Of a stretch of 59,999 nucleotides of DNA, positions 38,661-49,091 are shown piece after piece. Below the pieces are notes generated by a model. That model saw only the letters and a program-made list of their open reading frames with translations. It had not been told where the DNA came from and made no database searches. The position numbers were made by a program, and so were the translations under genes. Every line of letters starts with the position of its first letter. The first letter of the stretch is position 1. This stretch comes from Gemmatimonadaceae bacterium. GTDB taxonomy: Bacteria > Gemmatimonadota > Gemmatimonadetes > Gemmatimonadales > Gemmatimonadaceae. Where the stretch lies: NCBI GenBank assembly GCA_044224875.1, contig JBGAJQ010000030.1, positions 1 through 59,999 of the forward strand, given 5' to 3'.

Positions 38661-41159
38661 ATGCGCGACCTCCGTTACGCTTTTCGCACTCTCCTCACGA
38701 CGCCGTTTGTCAACGCGGTGGCGATCATCTCGCTGGCGCTGGGGATCGGCAGCAACGCGGCGATCTACTCGCTCTTTGACCAGGCGCTGCTCCGGCCGCT
38801 TCCCGTCCCCGCGGCGCAAGAACTGGTGAACTTGAACCTGCCGGGTCCGATCCAGGGGAGCGATTCCTGTAACCAGTCGGGATGCGGCGACGGCATCATC
38901 TGGAGTTACCCGATGGTTCGCGACCTGGAGCAGGCGCAAACGGGGCTCGCCGGAGTTGCCGGGTACCGGATATTTGGAGCGAGCATTGGACTGGGTGACG
39001 ATCCCACGGTCGGTGACGGGATGTGGGTGACCGGCGGCTACTTCTCCACCCTCGGACTCCGTGCCGCACGCGGGCGGTTGTTGGACCCTAGGGACAATGA
39101 GGTTGGCAGCGACAACATGGTTGCTGTCATCAGCTACAACTTCTGGACCGACCGTCTTGGCGGAACTGCCGACGTGGTGGGCCAGTCCCTGCGACTCAAC
39201 GGACGAACGTTCACGATCGTCGGCGTCGCGCCCGAAGGATTCTATGGAAGCACGCTTGGGGCCCGCCCGCTCGTCTACGTGCCAATGCAATCGCGGGTGT
39301 ACGTCGGCACATACAAGGGACTCGAGGATCGTCGCAGCTACTGGGTGTACGTCTTCGGCCGCCGGAAGCCAGGGGTGTCCATCGAGGCGACCAAGTCGTC
39401 GCTGGACCGCGTGGTCGCGCCCATCTTGTCCGACGTGGAGGCACCGCTCCAGAAGTCCATGAGCGACCAGACGATGGCACGCTTCAAGGCCAAGCGGGTG
39501 GTGGTGACCCCAGGCGCGCGCGGCCAAAGCTCCATGCAGGGTGAGGCACGCACTCCCCTCGTTATGCTCTTCGCGATCACGGCGGTCGTGCTGCTGATTG
39601 CCTGTGCCAATATCGCGAACCTGCTGCTCGCGCGCGGCGCGAACCGGTCCACAGAAATGGGCGTGCGTCTCGCCCTCGGTGCCTCTCGCCGCCGACTCGT
39701 GACACAGCTGCTGATCGAATCGCTCGTCCTGGCCGCGTTGGGCGGGCTGGTGAGCCTGCTGATCGCGCGCTGGACCCTGCAGGGGATCGCCTCGTTGCTG
39801 CCGACGGAGGCCACCGCCGCACTGGAGTTTCGCCTGCAGGCTCCGGTGTTGCTCTTTGCGGCCGGACTCGCCGTGGCCACGGGGTTCCTGTTCGGGCTCT
39901 TTCCGGCCCTTCACTCCACGCGATCAGACCTCATCAGCACCATTCGCGCCGGTGCGGGTCAAATCGCAGGCGGTGGGGTGGCGTCGCGGTTCCGAACCGT
40001 GCTTGCCGTGGTTCAGATCGCGTTGTCCACGACGCTCCTCGTCTCGGCTGGGCTTTTCCTCAAGAGCCTCGTGAACGTGAGTCGTGTGGACTTGGGGATT
40101 CGCATTGACAGCGTGGCCACGTTCACCGTCAATCCACTGCGCGTGGGATACGACACGGTGCGCGCGAAGGTGCTGTACGCCCGTATCGAGGACGAACTTC
40201 GTGCCCTTCCCGGTGTCACTGGGGTGACGAGTTCCCTGGTGCCGTTGCTTTCCGGCGACAGTTGGGGAAATGACGTGCGCGTGCAAGGCTTCGAGTGCCT
40301 TCCGGACACCGACTGCAATTCGAGGTACAACGCCGTGGGTGCTGGCTACTTCACGATGATCGGGGCGTCGATCCTGTCGGGGCGTGACATCGAGCCTTCG
40401 GACCAGTACGAGGGTGCGAAGGTGGCCGTGGTGAACATGGCCTTTGCCAAGAAGTTCGGATTGGGGAAGGATGCGGTGGGCAAGTACATGGGGCGGTCGG
40501 GAGGGAATGATTCGTTAGGCATCCAGATTGTCGGGTTGGCGGCCGACGTGGCCTACAACAACGCCAAGCTCGAGCCGCAGCCCATATTCTACCTGCCGTG
40601 GATGCAACAAGGTGTGCTGGGCCAGATGTACTTCTACGCGAGGACGCGCCAGCCGGCAGGACAGTTGGTGGCGGCGATCCCACCCATGATGAAGCGCGTG
40701 GACCCGTCGCTTCCCGTGCAGGAGCTCAAGACCCTGCCGCAACAGCTCCGCGAAAATGTGTTCCTGGACCGCATGATCTCGATCCTTTCCGCCGCGTTTG
40801 CCATCCTCGCCACGCTGCTCGCTGCCGTCGGGCTGTACGGCGTGCTGGCATACTCCGTGTCCCAGCGCACGCGTGAGATTGGGGTGCGGATGGCGTTAGG
40901 CGCCGACGGGGGGCGTGTGCAGGCGATGGTGTTGCGGCAGGTCGGCGTGATGGTCGCCGTAGGGGCAACGGCCGGGGCAATTGGCGCGCTCGGCTTGGGT
41001 GGGGCCGCGCGGTCGCTGCTCTACGGCCTGAATGGACACGATCCCGTGGTGTTCATCACGGCGGTCCTGGTGCTGGCGGCGGTGGCGTTCGCGGCGGGTT
41101 GGGTGCCCGCGCGGCGCGCCAGCCGAACGCAACCCATGCGCGCGCTGCGGTACGATTGA
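38661..41159 (+). CDS. ADOP-like / MacB-family duplicated ABC permease (no ATPase gene nearby)
   Basis: SLALGIGSNAAIYSL, LLIACANIANLLLARG, QRTREIGVRMALGA, PARRASRTQPMRALRYD. Confidence 0.92.
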   Translation: MRDLRYAFRTLLTTPFVNAVAIISLALGIGSNAAIYSLFDQALLRPLPVPAAQELVNLNLPGPIQGSDSCNQSGCGDGIIWSYPMVRDLEQAQTGLAGVAGYRIFGASIGLGDDPTVGDGMWVTGGYFSTLGLRAARGRLLDPRDNEVGSDNMVAVISYNFWTDRLGGTADVVGQSLRLNGRTFTIVGVAPEGFYGSTLGARPLVYVPMQSRVYVGTYKGLEDRRSYWVYVFGRRKPGVSIEATKSSLDRVVAPILSDVEAPLQKSMSDQTMARFKAKRVVVTPGARGQSSMQGEARTPLVMLFAITAVVLLIACANIANLLLARGANRSTEMGVRLALGASRRRLVTQLLIESLVLAALGGLVSLLIARWTLQGIASLLPTEATAALEFRLQAPVLLFAAGLAVATGFLFGLFPALHSTRSDLISTIRAGAGQIAGGGVASRFRTVLAVVQIALSTTLLVSAGLFLKSLVNVSRVDLGIRIDSVATFTVNPLRVGYDTVRAKVLYARIEDELRALPGVTGVTSSLVPLLSGDSWGNDVRVQGFECLPDTDCNSRYNAVGAGYFTMIGASILSGRDIEPSDQYEGAKVAVVNMAFAKKFGLGKDAVGKYMGRSGGNDSLGIQIVGLAADVAYNNAKLEPQPIFYLPWMQQGVLGQMYFYARTRQPAGQLVAAIPPMMKRVDPSLPVQELKTLPQQLRENVFLDRMISILSAAFAILATLLAAVGLYGVLAYSVSQRTREIGVRMALGADGGRVQAMVLRQVGVMVAVGATAGAIGALGLGGAARSLLYGLNGHDPVVFITAVLVLAAVAFAAGWVPARRASRTQPMRALRYD

Positions 41160-41189
41160 AGGGCGCGCACCCTTGTCGCCCCGTCGCCG

Positions 41190-41627
41190 CTATGTTGGGG
41201 CGTCCGCTGGGGGCGGTAGGAGCCGCGTCACACCGCGGTGCGCGATGACTACGTCCGGGGTGTCCTGCAGGGCCGAGTAATAGTTCTCCTGGAACACGTT
41301 ACCCGATTCGGCAGGGCGTAGCAGCTGCCGAACCTGCTGGAGCAACTCGGTGACCGTTCGAGACGGCAGGGGCTCGTCGGCGTCCAGTTCCTCGTCGATA
41401 TGCACCATCAGGGCGGACAAGGGCCGCAGCCAACTGAACCATGGATCGTGAATGACGAGCTGCAACAATGGCCCGCCCTCGATTCGCCCGTTGAGCCGCT
41501 CGTACCGTACACGCTCGGCGTCCAGCAAGGTCTTGTGCAGGAGCTGCAGCGCGCGTCGTACCTCGCGCAACTGCCGCACGGACTCCGCAGTCGCCGCCGA
41601 TTGCGATTCGTCTGGTCCGATTGCCAT
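41190..41627 (-). CDS. Hypothetical helical protein
   Basis: LHKTLLDAERVRYE...LLQLVIHDPWFSWLRPLS; protein-like composition; start uncertain. Confidence 0.7.
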   Translation of the reverse strand: MAIGPDESQSAATAESVRQLREVRRALQLLHKTLLDAERVRYERLNGRIEGGPLLQLVIHDPWFSWLRPLSALMVHIDEELDADEPLPSRTVTELLQQVRQLLRPAESGNVFQENYYSALQDTPDVVIAHRGVTRLLPPPADAPT

Positions 41628-41740
41628 GGTCCCACCATTTGGGAAGCGGTCGCCCTCATCATGGCCCGGCGGACGACCGCTGATCAAGGACCCCGCCCCG
41701 CCGGATCCGTCCAGCGATGGCGGCGATCCTCCTGGAACAG

Positions 41741-42469
41741 CTAAGCCCTCAGTTGCGCCTCGAAGTCTCGCACCGCGCTTGGCCCGGACATCCCACCCGC
41801 GGTCGCGACCGCGTCCTCCGCCTCGTCGTGCTTGAAGTACACATAGGCGTCTGACCACGATTGTTCCCGCACGAGTTGCAGCCAGCGAGCAATGGCCGGC
41901 TTGTCATAGTCGAAGCGATGCAGGCGCAGGTAGCCCCACGACGCGGTGCTGCGAAACGGAACTGACAGGTCGTCCTGCTCCGAGATGCACAGCGCCGCAT
42001 CCCGCGTCCGGAGGAGGGCCGCAACCTCATCGTCAAACCACGACTCGTGCCGGAACTCAAACGTGAATCGGCGGCCGTCCGGCAGGTACGACAGGAAATT
42101 CTCCAGTCGTGGCAGGTCCTTCTTGAGGTTTGGCGGGCACTGAAAAAGGATCGGCCCCAACTTTTCGCCTAACGACACCGTATTCCGGAGCAGGAAGTCC
42201 AGCGCGTCCTTCGACTCGGGCTTCAGGCGGCCAAAGTGCGTGATGCGTTGTGACGCCTTGATGGCAAAGCGGAAGGGCTCGGGCACCTGCGACGCCCAGT
42301 CTACGAGCACATGCTCCTTGGGGAGTCGGTAGAAGGTGTTGTTGATCTCCACGGTGCCGAATTGCGAGGCGTAGTAGCCGAGCTGCTCGTCGTCGGGGAG
42401 GTCCTCGGGATAGAAGTTCCCTTTCCACTCCTTGAACGCGTAGCCACTCGTCCCCACCCGGATGTTCAT
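41741..42469 (-). CDS. DUF72 (YecE-like) TIM-barrel protein
   Basis: VGTSGY...WKGNFYP, VEINNTFY, LGPILFQCPP, FEFRHESW, YLRLH, YVYFKHD. Confidence 0.93.
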   Translation of the reverse strand: MNIRVGTSGYAFKEWKGNFYPEDLPDDEQLGYYASQFGTVEINNTFYRLPKEHVLVDWASQVPEPFRFAIKASQRITHFGRLKPESKDALDFLLRNTVSLGEKLGPILFQCPPNLKKDLPRLENFLSYLPDGRRFTFEFRHESWFDDEVAALLRTRDAALCISEQDDLSVPFRSTASWGYLRLHRFDYDKPAIARWLQLVREQSWSDAYVYFKHDEAEDAVATAGGMSGPSAVRDFEAQLRA

Positions 42470-43269
42470 GACGCCTTGCGCTCGCCGCCTTCCTCCGTGG
42501 CCTTTGCCAGGCTCGCCTTCAGGGCCTCCATCAGGTCGATGATCTTGCCGCCACCGTCCACGGACGGCTCGGCGGTGATCTCCTGTCCTTCCACCTTCTT
42601 CTGGATCGCCTCCAGCACCCGGTCCCGCACGTTGTCCTTGTATTTCGTCGGCTCAAACGTATCGGTGGCCGTCTGCTCGATCAGTTGCTTGGCCAACGTC
42701 AGCTCGTTAGGCTTCACGTCTCCTTCCCCCACGGGGACTTCGGCTGTCGAGCGGATCTCGTCGGCATAGTGGAGCTGCTCCATGACCAGCACGCCGTCCC
42801 GCGGGCGCAGGAGCACCAGGTGTTGCTGACCACGCGCGGCATACTGGCCCAGCGCGGCGCGCCCCGTCTCCTGAAGCGCCGTGGCCAGCAGGCGATAGGC
42901 ACGGTCGCCCCCCTTGTCGGGCCCCAGGTAATACGCCTTCTCGAGATACTCACGGTCCACCTTGGCCAAGGGCACGAACTCGGCGATGTCGATCGTGCTG
43001 GTCGCCTTCTCCTCCAGCGCCTTGATCTCGTCCGGGGAGAAGACGACGTACTGATCCTTGGCGAATTCGTAGCCCTTGACCGTCTCCTCGCGCGACACGA
43101 TTTCGTTGTCCTTGGGACAGGTATACTGCTGCTTGAGGCGCGTATTGCACTTCTTGTGGAGCATGTTGAACGAGACGCTCGCCTTGGATTCCGCCGACGA
43201 GTAGATGTTGACGGGAACGGAGACCAGGCCAAAGGAGATGGTGGCCGTGCCGATTGATCGCGCGGGCAT
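42466..43269 (-). CDS. ku: NHEJ DNA end-binding protein Ku
   Basis: ISFGLVSVPV, VKGYE, IDIAEFVP, YYLGP, YRLL, IIDLMEALKASL. Confidence 0.96.
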   Translation of the reverse strand: MPARSIGTATISFGLVSVPVNIYSSAESKASVSFNMLHKKCNTRLKQQYTCPKDNEIVSREETVKGYEFAKDQYVVFSPDEIKALEEKATSTIDIAEFVPLAKVDREYLEKAYYLGPDKGGDRAYRLLATALQETGRAALGQYAARGQQHLVLLRPRDGVLVMEQLHYADEIRSTAEVPVGEGDVKPNELTLAKQLIEQTATDTFEPTKYKDNVRDRVLEAIQKKVEGQEITAEPSVDGGGKIIDLMEALKASLAKATEEGGERKAS

Positions 43270-43590
43270 ACAAGAGTCGGGTAAGGGATAAGACCTGGGC
43301 CGTAGGCCTTTCACGGTTGCGTGAGCGGAGGCGCGGGCTCGGACTCGTAGGCTGGGTCCGAGGTGGCCGTGGCGCAAGGGGTTCAGGTGAGTGAGTTTAG
43401 GCCGAGCTGTGGGCAACCCTCTGGGTGCCATGCGGTTGTCCCGCGTGCGTTAGGCGCGGTCTTCGGCGAATGCGGAGTCGTGGATTTCCCTGACCCGCCG
43501 CGCCCGATTCCGAGGTACCGGCAGCCTGCACCCTACCGTACGTTGGCCTTTAAAGGCACTTGGTCCGCCCTTCTCCGTCGAACCAGCCTC

Positions 43591-46293
43591 ATGAAGCATC
43601 CAGCGGATACCACGGTCGCAGAGACCGAGATTGATGGGATTCGGGCCGGCTCGGAACTCGGCATGGTGCCCGAGGTGCTCGAAATTTTCCCGGACGCGGC
43701 GCTCGTGGTGGACACACGCGGGAGAATCGTGTTCGCCAACTCCAACGCCGAGCGAACGTTCGACTACCCACGACGAGCGCTCATCGGTAAAGCCATTGAG
43801 TTGCTGGTTCCGGCGCCCCTGGCGGAACGCCATCGAGTGCTCCGAGCGGGCTTCATGTCGAACCTCCGGCAGCGGGCGATGGGAGAGTCTCTGGACTTGA
43901 AGGCCGTCCGTCGCGACGGGACGACCATTCCGGTGGAAGTGCAGCTCACCCCCGTCCAAGGAGCGAACGGCACACACGTCACTTGCGTCGCACGTGACAC
44001 GAGCGAGAGGGAGCGCGCCAACGAAGCCCTGCGGGGGAGTGAGTATCGATTCCGGTTGCTTGCCGACCAGGTCTCGGATGGAATCTTCTTGTCCGACCTG
44101 AGCGGACGGTACGTCGCCGTGAACGATGCCGCGTGCGCCATGGTGGGGTACTCGCGCGACCAACTGCTCCGAATGTCGATTGGCGACATCATCGCTCCGT
44201 TTGAGCAGAGTCGGTTGATGGAGGAGGTTTCGCGCCTCGCTTCGGGCGTTGCGGTCAAGAGCGAATGGACGTTTGTACGGCAGGACGGAACGACATTCAC
44301 GGGCGAAGCGAACGCGCAAATGATGCCTAACGATCGGCTCCTCGCCGTACTGCGCGACGTGACGAGTCGGAAACAGGCCCATGAGGAGCTGCGACACAGT
44401 GAGGAGCGTCTTCGCACGCTGATCGAGGACTTGGATGTCGGCGTGCTGGTGATGGATGCGCGGGACGATCGTGTGGTGCTTTCCAATCGCGCCGCCCAGG
44501 AAATGCTGGGCTTGACGATGGAGGCGTTAGGGGGCTTGGCGCCGCGCGAATGGCCGCGACGATTGATCGACGAAGCAGGGCGCGAGTTTGACCGGGAGCA
44601 GTTGCCGTCGATCGTAGCTGCACGAACAGACGGGCCAGCGAGCGCGATCATCGGGACCTCCACTCCCACGGGCGATACTCTGAAGTGGTTCCAGGTGACG
44701 GCGCACCCTCGTGCGCACGGGATGTACGGACCCAAGCAGGTGCTCGTCACCCTCAGCGATGTCACGGCGAGAAAGGAAGCGGAGCGGGCCCTCATTCAGG
44801 CACGGGAGGCGTGGGAGCAGTCGTTTGACGCGCTGACCGATTGGGTATCTGTGCTCGATCGTGATGGACACGTGCTGCGTGCGAATCGCGCCATGCGAGA
44901 CCGTTTCGAAGCGGAGCTAGGAACGCTCGTCGGACGGCACTATCAGGACATTTATTCGTGCCAGAATGCGAGGGACGACGACCCATGTGCCGGTGTGTTG
45001 GCCGGCGGTCCCCCCGCCGAGTTCACGACATCGTTGACACGTGTCCCTGGCTTGTTCTCGGTCTCCTGTTCCCCGTTTCGTGATGGTGGCGGTGCGGTGC
45101 ACGTCGTGCACGATCTGACACAGCAGCAGAAGCTCGAGGAACAGCTATTCCAGTCGCAGAAGATGCATGCGTTAGGGCAGCTGGCCGGTGGCGTCGCCCA
45201 CGACTTCAACAACCTGCTGACCGTCATCACCAGTTGTGCGGAGCTTGCTGAGGTGGATTTGCAGCGTAACCCCGATGCGGTGCCGGAGTCCCACGTCGCT
45301 ATCCTCGATGCGGCAAAACGCGCCAGCGCGCTGACCCGTCAGCTTCTTCTCTTTGGCCGCAAGGGCGTGTGGGAGGAGAAGGTGGTCAACATCAACGACG
45401 TCGTGCAGCGCTCGGAGGCCATGCTCCGCCGGCTCATCTCGGAGGATGTGGAGCTCACCACCGTCCGTTCCGCCTCCACATGGGACACGCGGGCCGACCC
45501 GGCGCAGCTGGAGCAGGTGGTGTTGAACCTGGCGTTGAACGGTCGCGACGCCATGCCGCGTGGCGGTCGCCTGAGCATCGCAACCAGCAACCAAACCGTC
45601 GACGCCGCAGCCTGCCACGCAGATCCGAGGCGTCGCCCCGGCTCGTTTGTGGAGCTGACGGTCAGCGACACGGGGACTGGCATGACGCCGGACGTGTTGG
45701 CGCACCTCTTTGAGCCGTTCTTCACCACAAAAGGCCTCGGTCGTGGTACGGGCCTGGGTCTTTCAACCGTATATGGGATTGTGGACCGTGCCGGCGGGTA
45801 CGTCACCGTGGAGAGCGAGCTTGGCGTGGGCACGTCGTTTCACGTGTACCTGCCCGCTCTGACGACGCGACGGGCCTCGCCGGCGGACGTCCCACCCGAT
45901 GCAACGCGCTCGACTGGGAACGAAATGGTGCTGCTCGTAGAGGATGAACGCGCCGTTCGCCGCGCCATGGTGCGATCGCTCCGCGCGAGCGGGTTTCGCG
46001 TGCACGACGTGGCCAATGCGAGTGACGCCATGGACGTCCTGCACCGACAACCCAACGACGTCCGTATCCTCGTAACCGACGTCGTGATGCCTGGCGAGAG
46101 CGGCCCGGAACTGGTCCTGCGGGCTCGCGCCGTGCAGCCGGCCCTCCCCGTGCTGTTCATCAGCGGCTACAACCCGGATGCCAGCGAGACCCGTGGCGCG
46201 ATCACGAGTGGTCCCGTGTTGCAGAAGCCATTCTCACTCACCGAGCTGGCTCGCAAGATCCGGGAAGTCCTTGACGCCACCAACCCGAGCTAG
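43591..46293 (+). CDS. Cytoplasmic multi-PAS hybrid histidine kinase/receiver
   Basis: About four PAS domains, [45 protein letters not shown]. Confidence 0.93.
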   Translation: MKHPADTTVAETEIDGIRAGSELGMVPEVLEIFPDAALVVDTRGRIVFANSNAERTFDYPRRALIGKAIELLVPAPLAERHRVLRAGFMSNLRQRAMGESLDLKAVRRDGTTIPVEVQLTPVQGANGTHVTCVARDTSERERANEALRGSEYRFRLLADQVSDGIFLSDLSGRYVAVNDAACAMVGYSRDQLLRMSIGDIIAPFEQSRLMEEVSRLASGVAVKSEWTFVRQDGTTFTGEANAQMMPNDRLLAVLRDVTSRKQAHEELRHSEERLRTLIEDLDVGVLVMDARDDRVVLSNRAAQEMLGLTMEALGGLAPREWPRRLIDEAGREFDREQLPSIVAARTDGPASAIIGTSTPTGDTLKWFQVTAHPRAHGMYGPKQVLVTLSDVTARKEAERALIQAREAWEQSFDALTDWVSVLDRDGHVLRANRAMRDRFEAELGTLVGRHYQDIYSCQNARDDDPCAGVLAGGPPAEFTTSLTRVPGLFSVSCSPFRDGGGAVHVVHDLTQQQKLEEQLFQSQKMHALGQLAGGVAHDFNNLLTVITSCAELAEVDLQRNPDAVPESHVAILDAAKRASALTRQLLLFGRKGVWEEKVVNINDVVQRSEAMLRRLISEDVELTTVRSASTWDTRADPAQLEQVVLNLALNGRDAMPRGGRLSIATSNQTVDAAACHADPRRRPGSFVELTVSDTGTGMTPDVLAHLFEPFFTTKGLGRGTGLGLSTVYGIVDRAGGYVTVESELGVGTSFHVYLPALTTRRASPADVPPDATRSTGNEMVLLVEDERAVRRAMVRSLRASGFRVHDVANASDAMDVLHRQPNDVRILVTDVVMPGESGPELVLRARAVQPALPVLFISGYNPDASETRGAITSGPVLQKPFSLTELARKIREVLDATNPS

Positions 46294-46451
46294 TCCGGGC
46301 CGGCCGCACGGCCTCATGACGGACTTGCGCACGCCATGAAGCGCGTCGCTTCCTCCTGAAGGCCAGCGCTCAAAGGCCTTGGCTCCTGGGGAAGACTTCC
46401 GAGCACGATTTCCACGCGCTACATGTTCAGCACCGCAAGGAGGCCGAACAC

Positions 46452-49079
46452 GTGGCAGCGCCTGACGACGATCCGAAACCACCGGCAGAAGCCGACAACC
46501 TCGCTAAGTATCGGGCCAAGCGATCTCCGGATCGTTCGCCAGAACCCGTTGGCACTGTGGGACCGACGTCCACGGGCAAGGGGCTGCTCTTCGTCGTCCA
46601 CAAGCACGCGGCTCGCCAGCTGCACTTCGACCTTCGGCTGGAGATGGAGGGCGTGTTGCGCTCGTGGGCGGTGCCGCGGGGCCCCTCGTACGACCAGGCG
46701 GACAAGCGACTCGCCGTTCGGGTAGAGGACCATCCGCTCGAGTACGGGGACTTCGAAGGCATCATCCCCGAAGGCAACTATGGGGCAGGCGGGGTGATCG
46801 TGTGGGACCGCGGGGAGTGGGTGCCGTTGGAGGACTGGCGCGAGGGCCTGGAGAAGGGGAAGCTGCTGTTTGAGCTGAAGGGCTACAAGCTCCACGGCAA
46901 GTGGACCCTGGTGAAAATCAAGAAGAGCGAGAAGGAGTGGCTCTTCATCAAGGAGCGCGACGCGTACCTCAAGAGTCCCGGCGATGTGTTCCCCGAGACC
47001 TCGGTCCTGTCCGGCCTGACCGTCGAAGAGGTCAAGGCCGGGGCGTCCCCCGCGGGGAAGATTCGTGAGGCACTATCCACGGCGTCCGTGCCCCGCACCA
47101 GGCTCAACGCCCGGACCGTGGAGGTGATGGCGGCAGAAACCCGTGATGACGCCTTTACCGATGACGGCTGGGTGTTCGAGTTGAAGCTGGACGGCTACCG
47201 CCTGCTCGCTGCCAAGTCCCATCACGACGTCCTGCTCCTGACGCGGAACGGCAACGACTACACGGACGTCTTCCCCGAGGTCGCGCGTGCCGTCGCGGCG
47301 ATCCCCGTGGAGTCCTGTGTGATCGACGGTGAAGTGGTGGTGCTGGATGCGAACGGCAAGCCGAGCTTTTCGCGCCTGCAACAGCGCGGCCGGCTCAGCA
47401 ACCCCCTCGACATCAAACGGGTGGCGGTGGAGCTGCCGGCAACCTTCTTCGCCTTCGACCTGCTGGGCTTCGAGGACTTCGACGTACGCGGCCTGCCCCT
47501 CACCCGCCGCAAGGAATTGTTGGCCATGGCCCTCCCCGCCCTGGGGCCGGTGCGCTACCTGGACCACATCCCCGCCCAGGGCGACGCCTTCATGAAGCAG
47601 GTCATGCAGCTGGGCCTGGAAGGGATCATCGCCAAGAAGGCGGACGCGACCTACCGCGCGGGGCGCTCGCCGCTCTGGCTCAAGATCAAGGCCGACCAAA
47701 CGGGTGACTTCGTGATCGTCGGGTTCACCGAGCCCAAGGGGAGCCGGCCCGGCTTTGGCGCGCTGCAGCTGGCGGACTACGTGAACGGCAAGCTCGTGTA
47801 CGGTGGGCGTGCGGGAACCGGCTTCAACGAGCACCAGCTGTCGGAATACCGTGCCATGCTGGACCCGATCGTCCGGGCCGAGCCGCCATGCTTCGGTCCG
47901 GTGGCCGCGCCGGGCGCCGAGCCATTGCCAGCTGAGGCGATTCCGGAAACGAAGACCACCACGTGGGTAGAACCACGCTATGTGTGCGAAGTGCGTTATC
48001 GTGAGTGGACCCCCGACGGGCTCCTTCGCCATCCTGCCTTTCTCCGCGTTCGCAATGACAAGGATCCCCATCAGTGCGATCGTCAGTGGGGCCCGACCGT
48101 TGCTCCTGACGGCGAAAGCCCAACGCCGCCGGACGCCACAACGGCTCACGAGGCGCCCCCGGAGCCCACACCGCGCGCCCCCGTGACCAAGACGGTTGCC
48201 TTCTCCAACCTCAAGAAGGTCTTCTGGCCGGCGGAGAAGTACACCAAGGGCGACTTGATCGAGTACTACCGCGCCATTTCGCCCTGGCTCCTGCCATACC
48301 TCACCAACCGTCCGGTGGTGATGACGCGCTTTCCCGACGGCATCGACGGGAAGTCGTTCTACCAGAAAGACGCGCCCGAATTCGCTCCCGAATGGGTCCG
48401 CACCGTCCCCATCTGGAGCAATGACACGCAGCGCGACATTCGCTACTTCGTCTGCGACGATGTCGAGTCGCTCGTCTACATCGCCAACCTTGGGACCATC
48501 CCCCTCCACATCTGGATGAGTCGCGTGGGGTCGTTGGAGCTGCCGGATTGGTGCGTGATCGACCTGGACCCCAAGGAGGCGCCGTTCTCCGACGTGATCC
48601 GCTGCGCGCACGTGCTGCACGCGATCTGTGACGAACTCGGCCTCCCGAACTACGTCAAGACCACGGGGAAGACCGGTCTGCATATCATGATCCCCCTGGC
48701 CCGCCAGATGACGTACGAGCAGTCGCGCACGCTCGGCGAATTGCTGGCGCGACTCGTTGTCAAGGAACTCGGCGACATCGCCACGATCACGCGCCACGTC
48801 ACCAAGCGGGGCGACAAGGTGTACATCGACTACCTGCAGAACCGGCACGGACAGTTGATTGTGGCGCCTTTCAGCGTGCGACCACTCCCTGGCGCCACGG
48901 TCTCCATGCCACTGGTCTGGTCCGAGGTCGGCGACTCGCTCGATCCGCGGGACTACACGATCAGGAACGCGGTCGAGCGCATGGAGTCGTTAGGCCACGA
49001 CCCCGTAGGTCCAGTCCTGGAAGAGAAGATCGACCTGGGTGCGGCACTGGCAAAGCTCGCGGCGCGCATGGGGCAGTGA
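46452..49079 (+). CDS. ligD: DNA ligase D (phosphoesterase - ATP-dependent ligase - polymerase)
   Basis: HAARQLHFDLRLE; ELKLDGYR, EGIIAK, WLKIK; RFPDG, IDLDP, KTTGKTGLH, YIDYLQN. Confidence 0.96.
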   Translation: MAAPDDDPKPPAEADNLAKYRAKRSPDRSPEPVGTVGPTSTGKGLLFVVHKHAARQLHFDLRLEMEGVLRSWAVPRGPSYDQADKRLAVRVEDHPLEYGDFEGIIPEGNYGAGGVIVWDRGEWVPLEDWREGLEKGKLLFELKGYKLHGKWTLVKIKKSEKEWLFIKERDAYLKSPGDVFPETSVLSGLTVEEVKAGASPAGKIREALSTASVPRTRLNARTVEVMAAETRDDAFTDDGWVFELKLDGYRLLAAKSHHDVLLLTRNGNDYTDVFPEVARAVAAIPVESCVIDGEVVVLDANGKPSFSRLQQRGRLSNPLDIKRVAVELPATFFAFDLLGFEDFDVRGLPLTRRKELLAMALPALGPVRYLDHIPAQGDAFMKQVMQLGLEGIIAKKADATYRAGRSPLWLKIKADQTGDFVIVGFTEPKGSRPGFGALQLADYVNGKLVYGGRAGTGFNEHQLSEYRAMLDPIVRAEPPCFGPVAAPGAEPLPAEAIPETKTTTWVEPRYVCEVRYREWTPDGLLRHPAFLRVRNDKDPHQCDRQWGPTVAPDGESPTPPDATTAHEAPPEPTPRAPVTKTVAFSNLKKVFWPAEKYTKGDLIEYYRAISPWLLPYLTNRPVVMTRFPDGIDGKSFYQKDAPEFAPEWVRTVPIWSNDTQRDIRYFVCDDVESLVYIANLGTIPLHIWMSRVGSLELPDWCVIDLDPKEAPFSDVIRCAHVLHAICDELGLPNYVKTTGKTGLHIMIPLARQMTYEQSRTLGELLARLVVKELGDIATITRHVTKRGDKVYIDYLQNRHGQLIVAPFSVRPLPGATVSMPLVWSEVGDSLDPRDYTIRNAVERMESLGHDPVGPVLEEKIDLGAALAKLAARMGQ

Positions 49080-49091
49080 GGCGCAGCGCGG

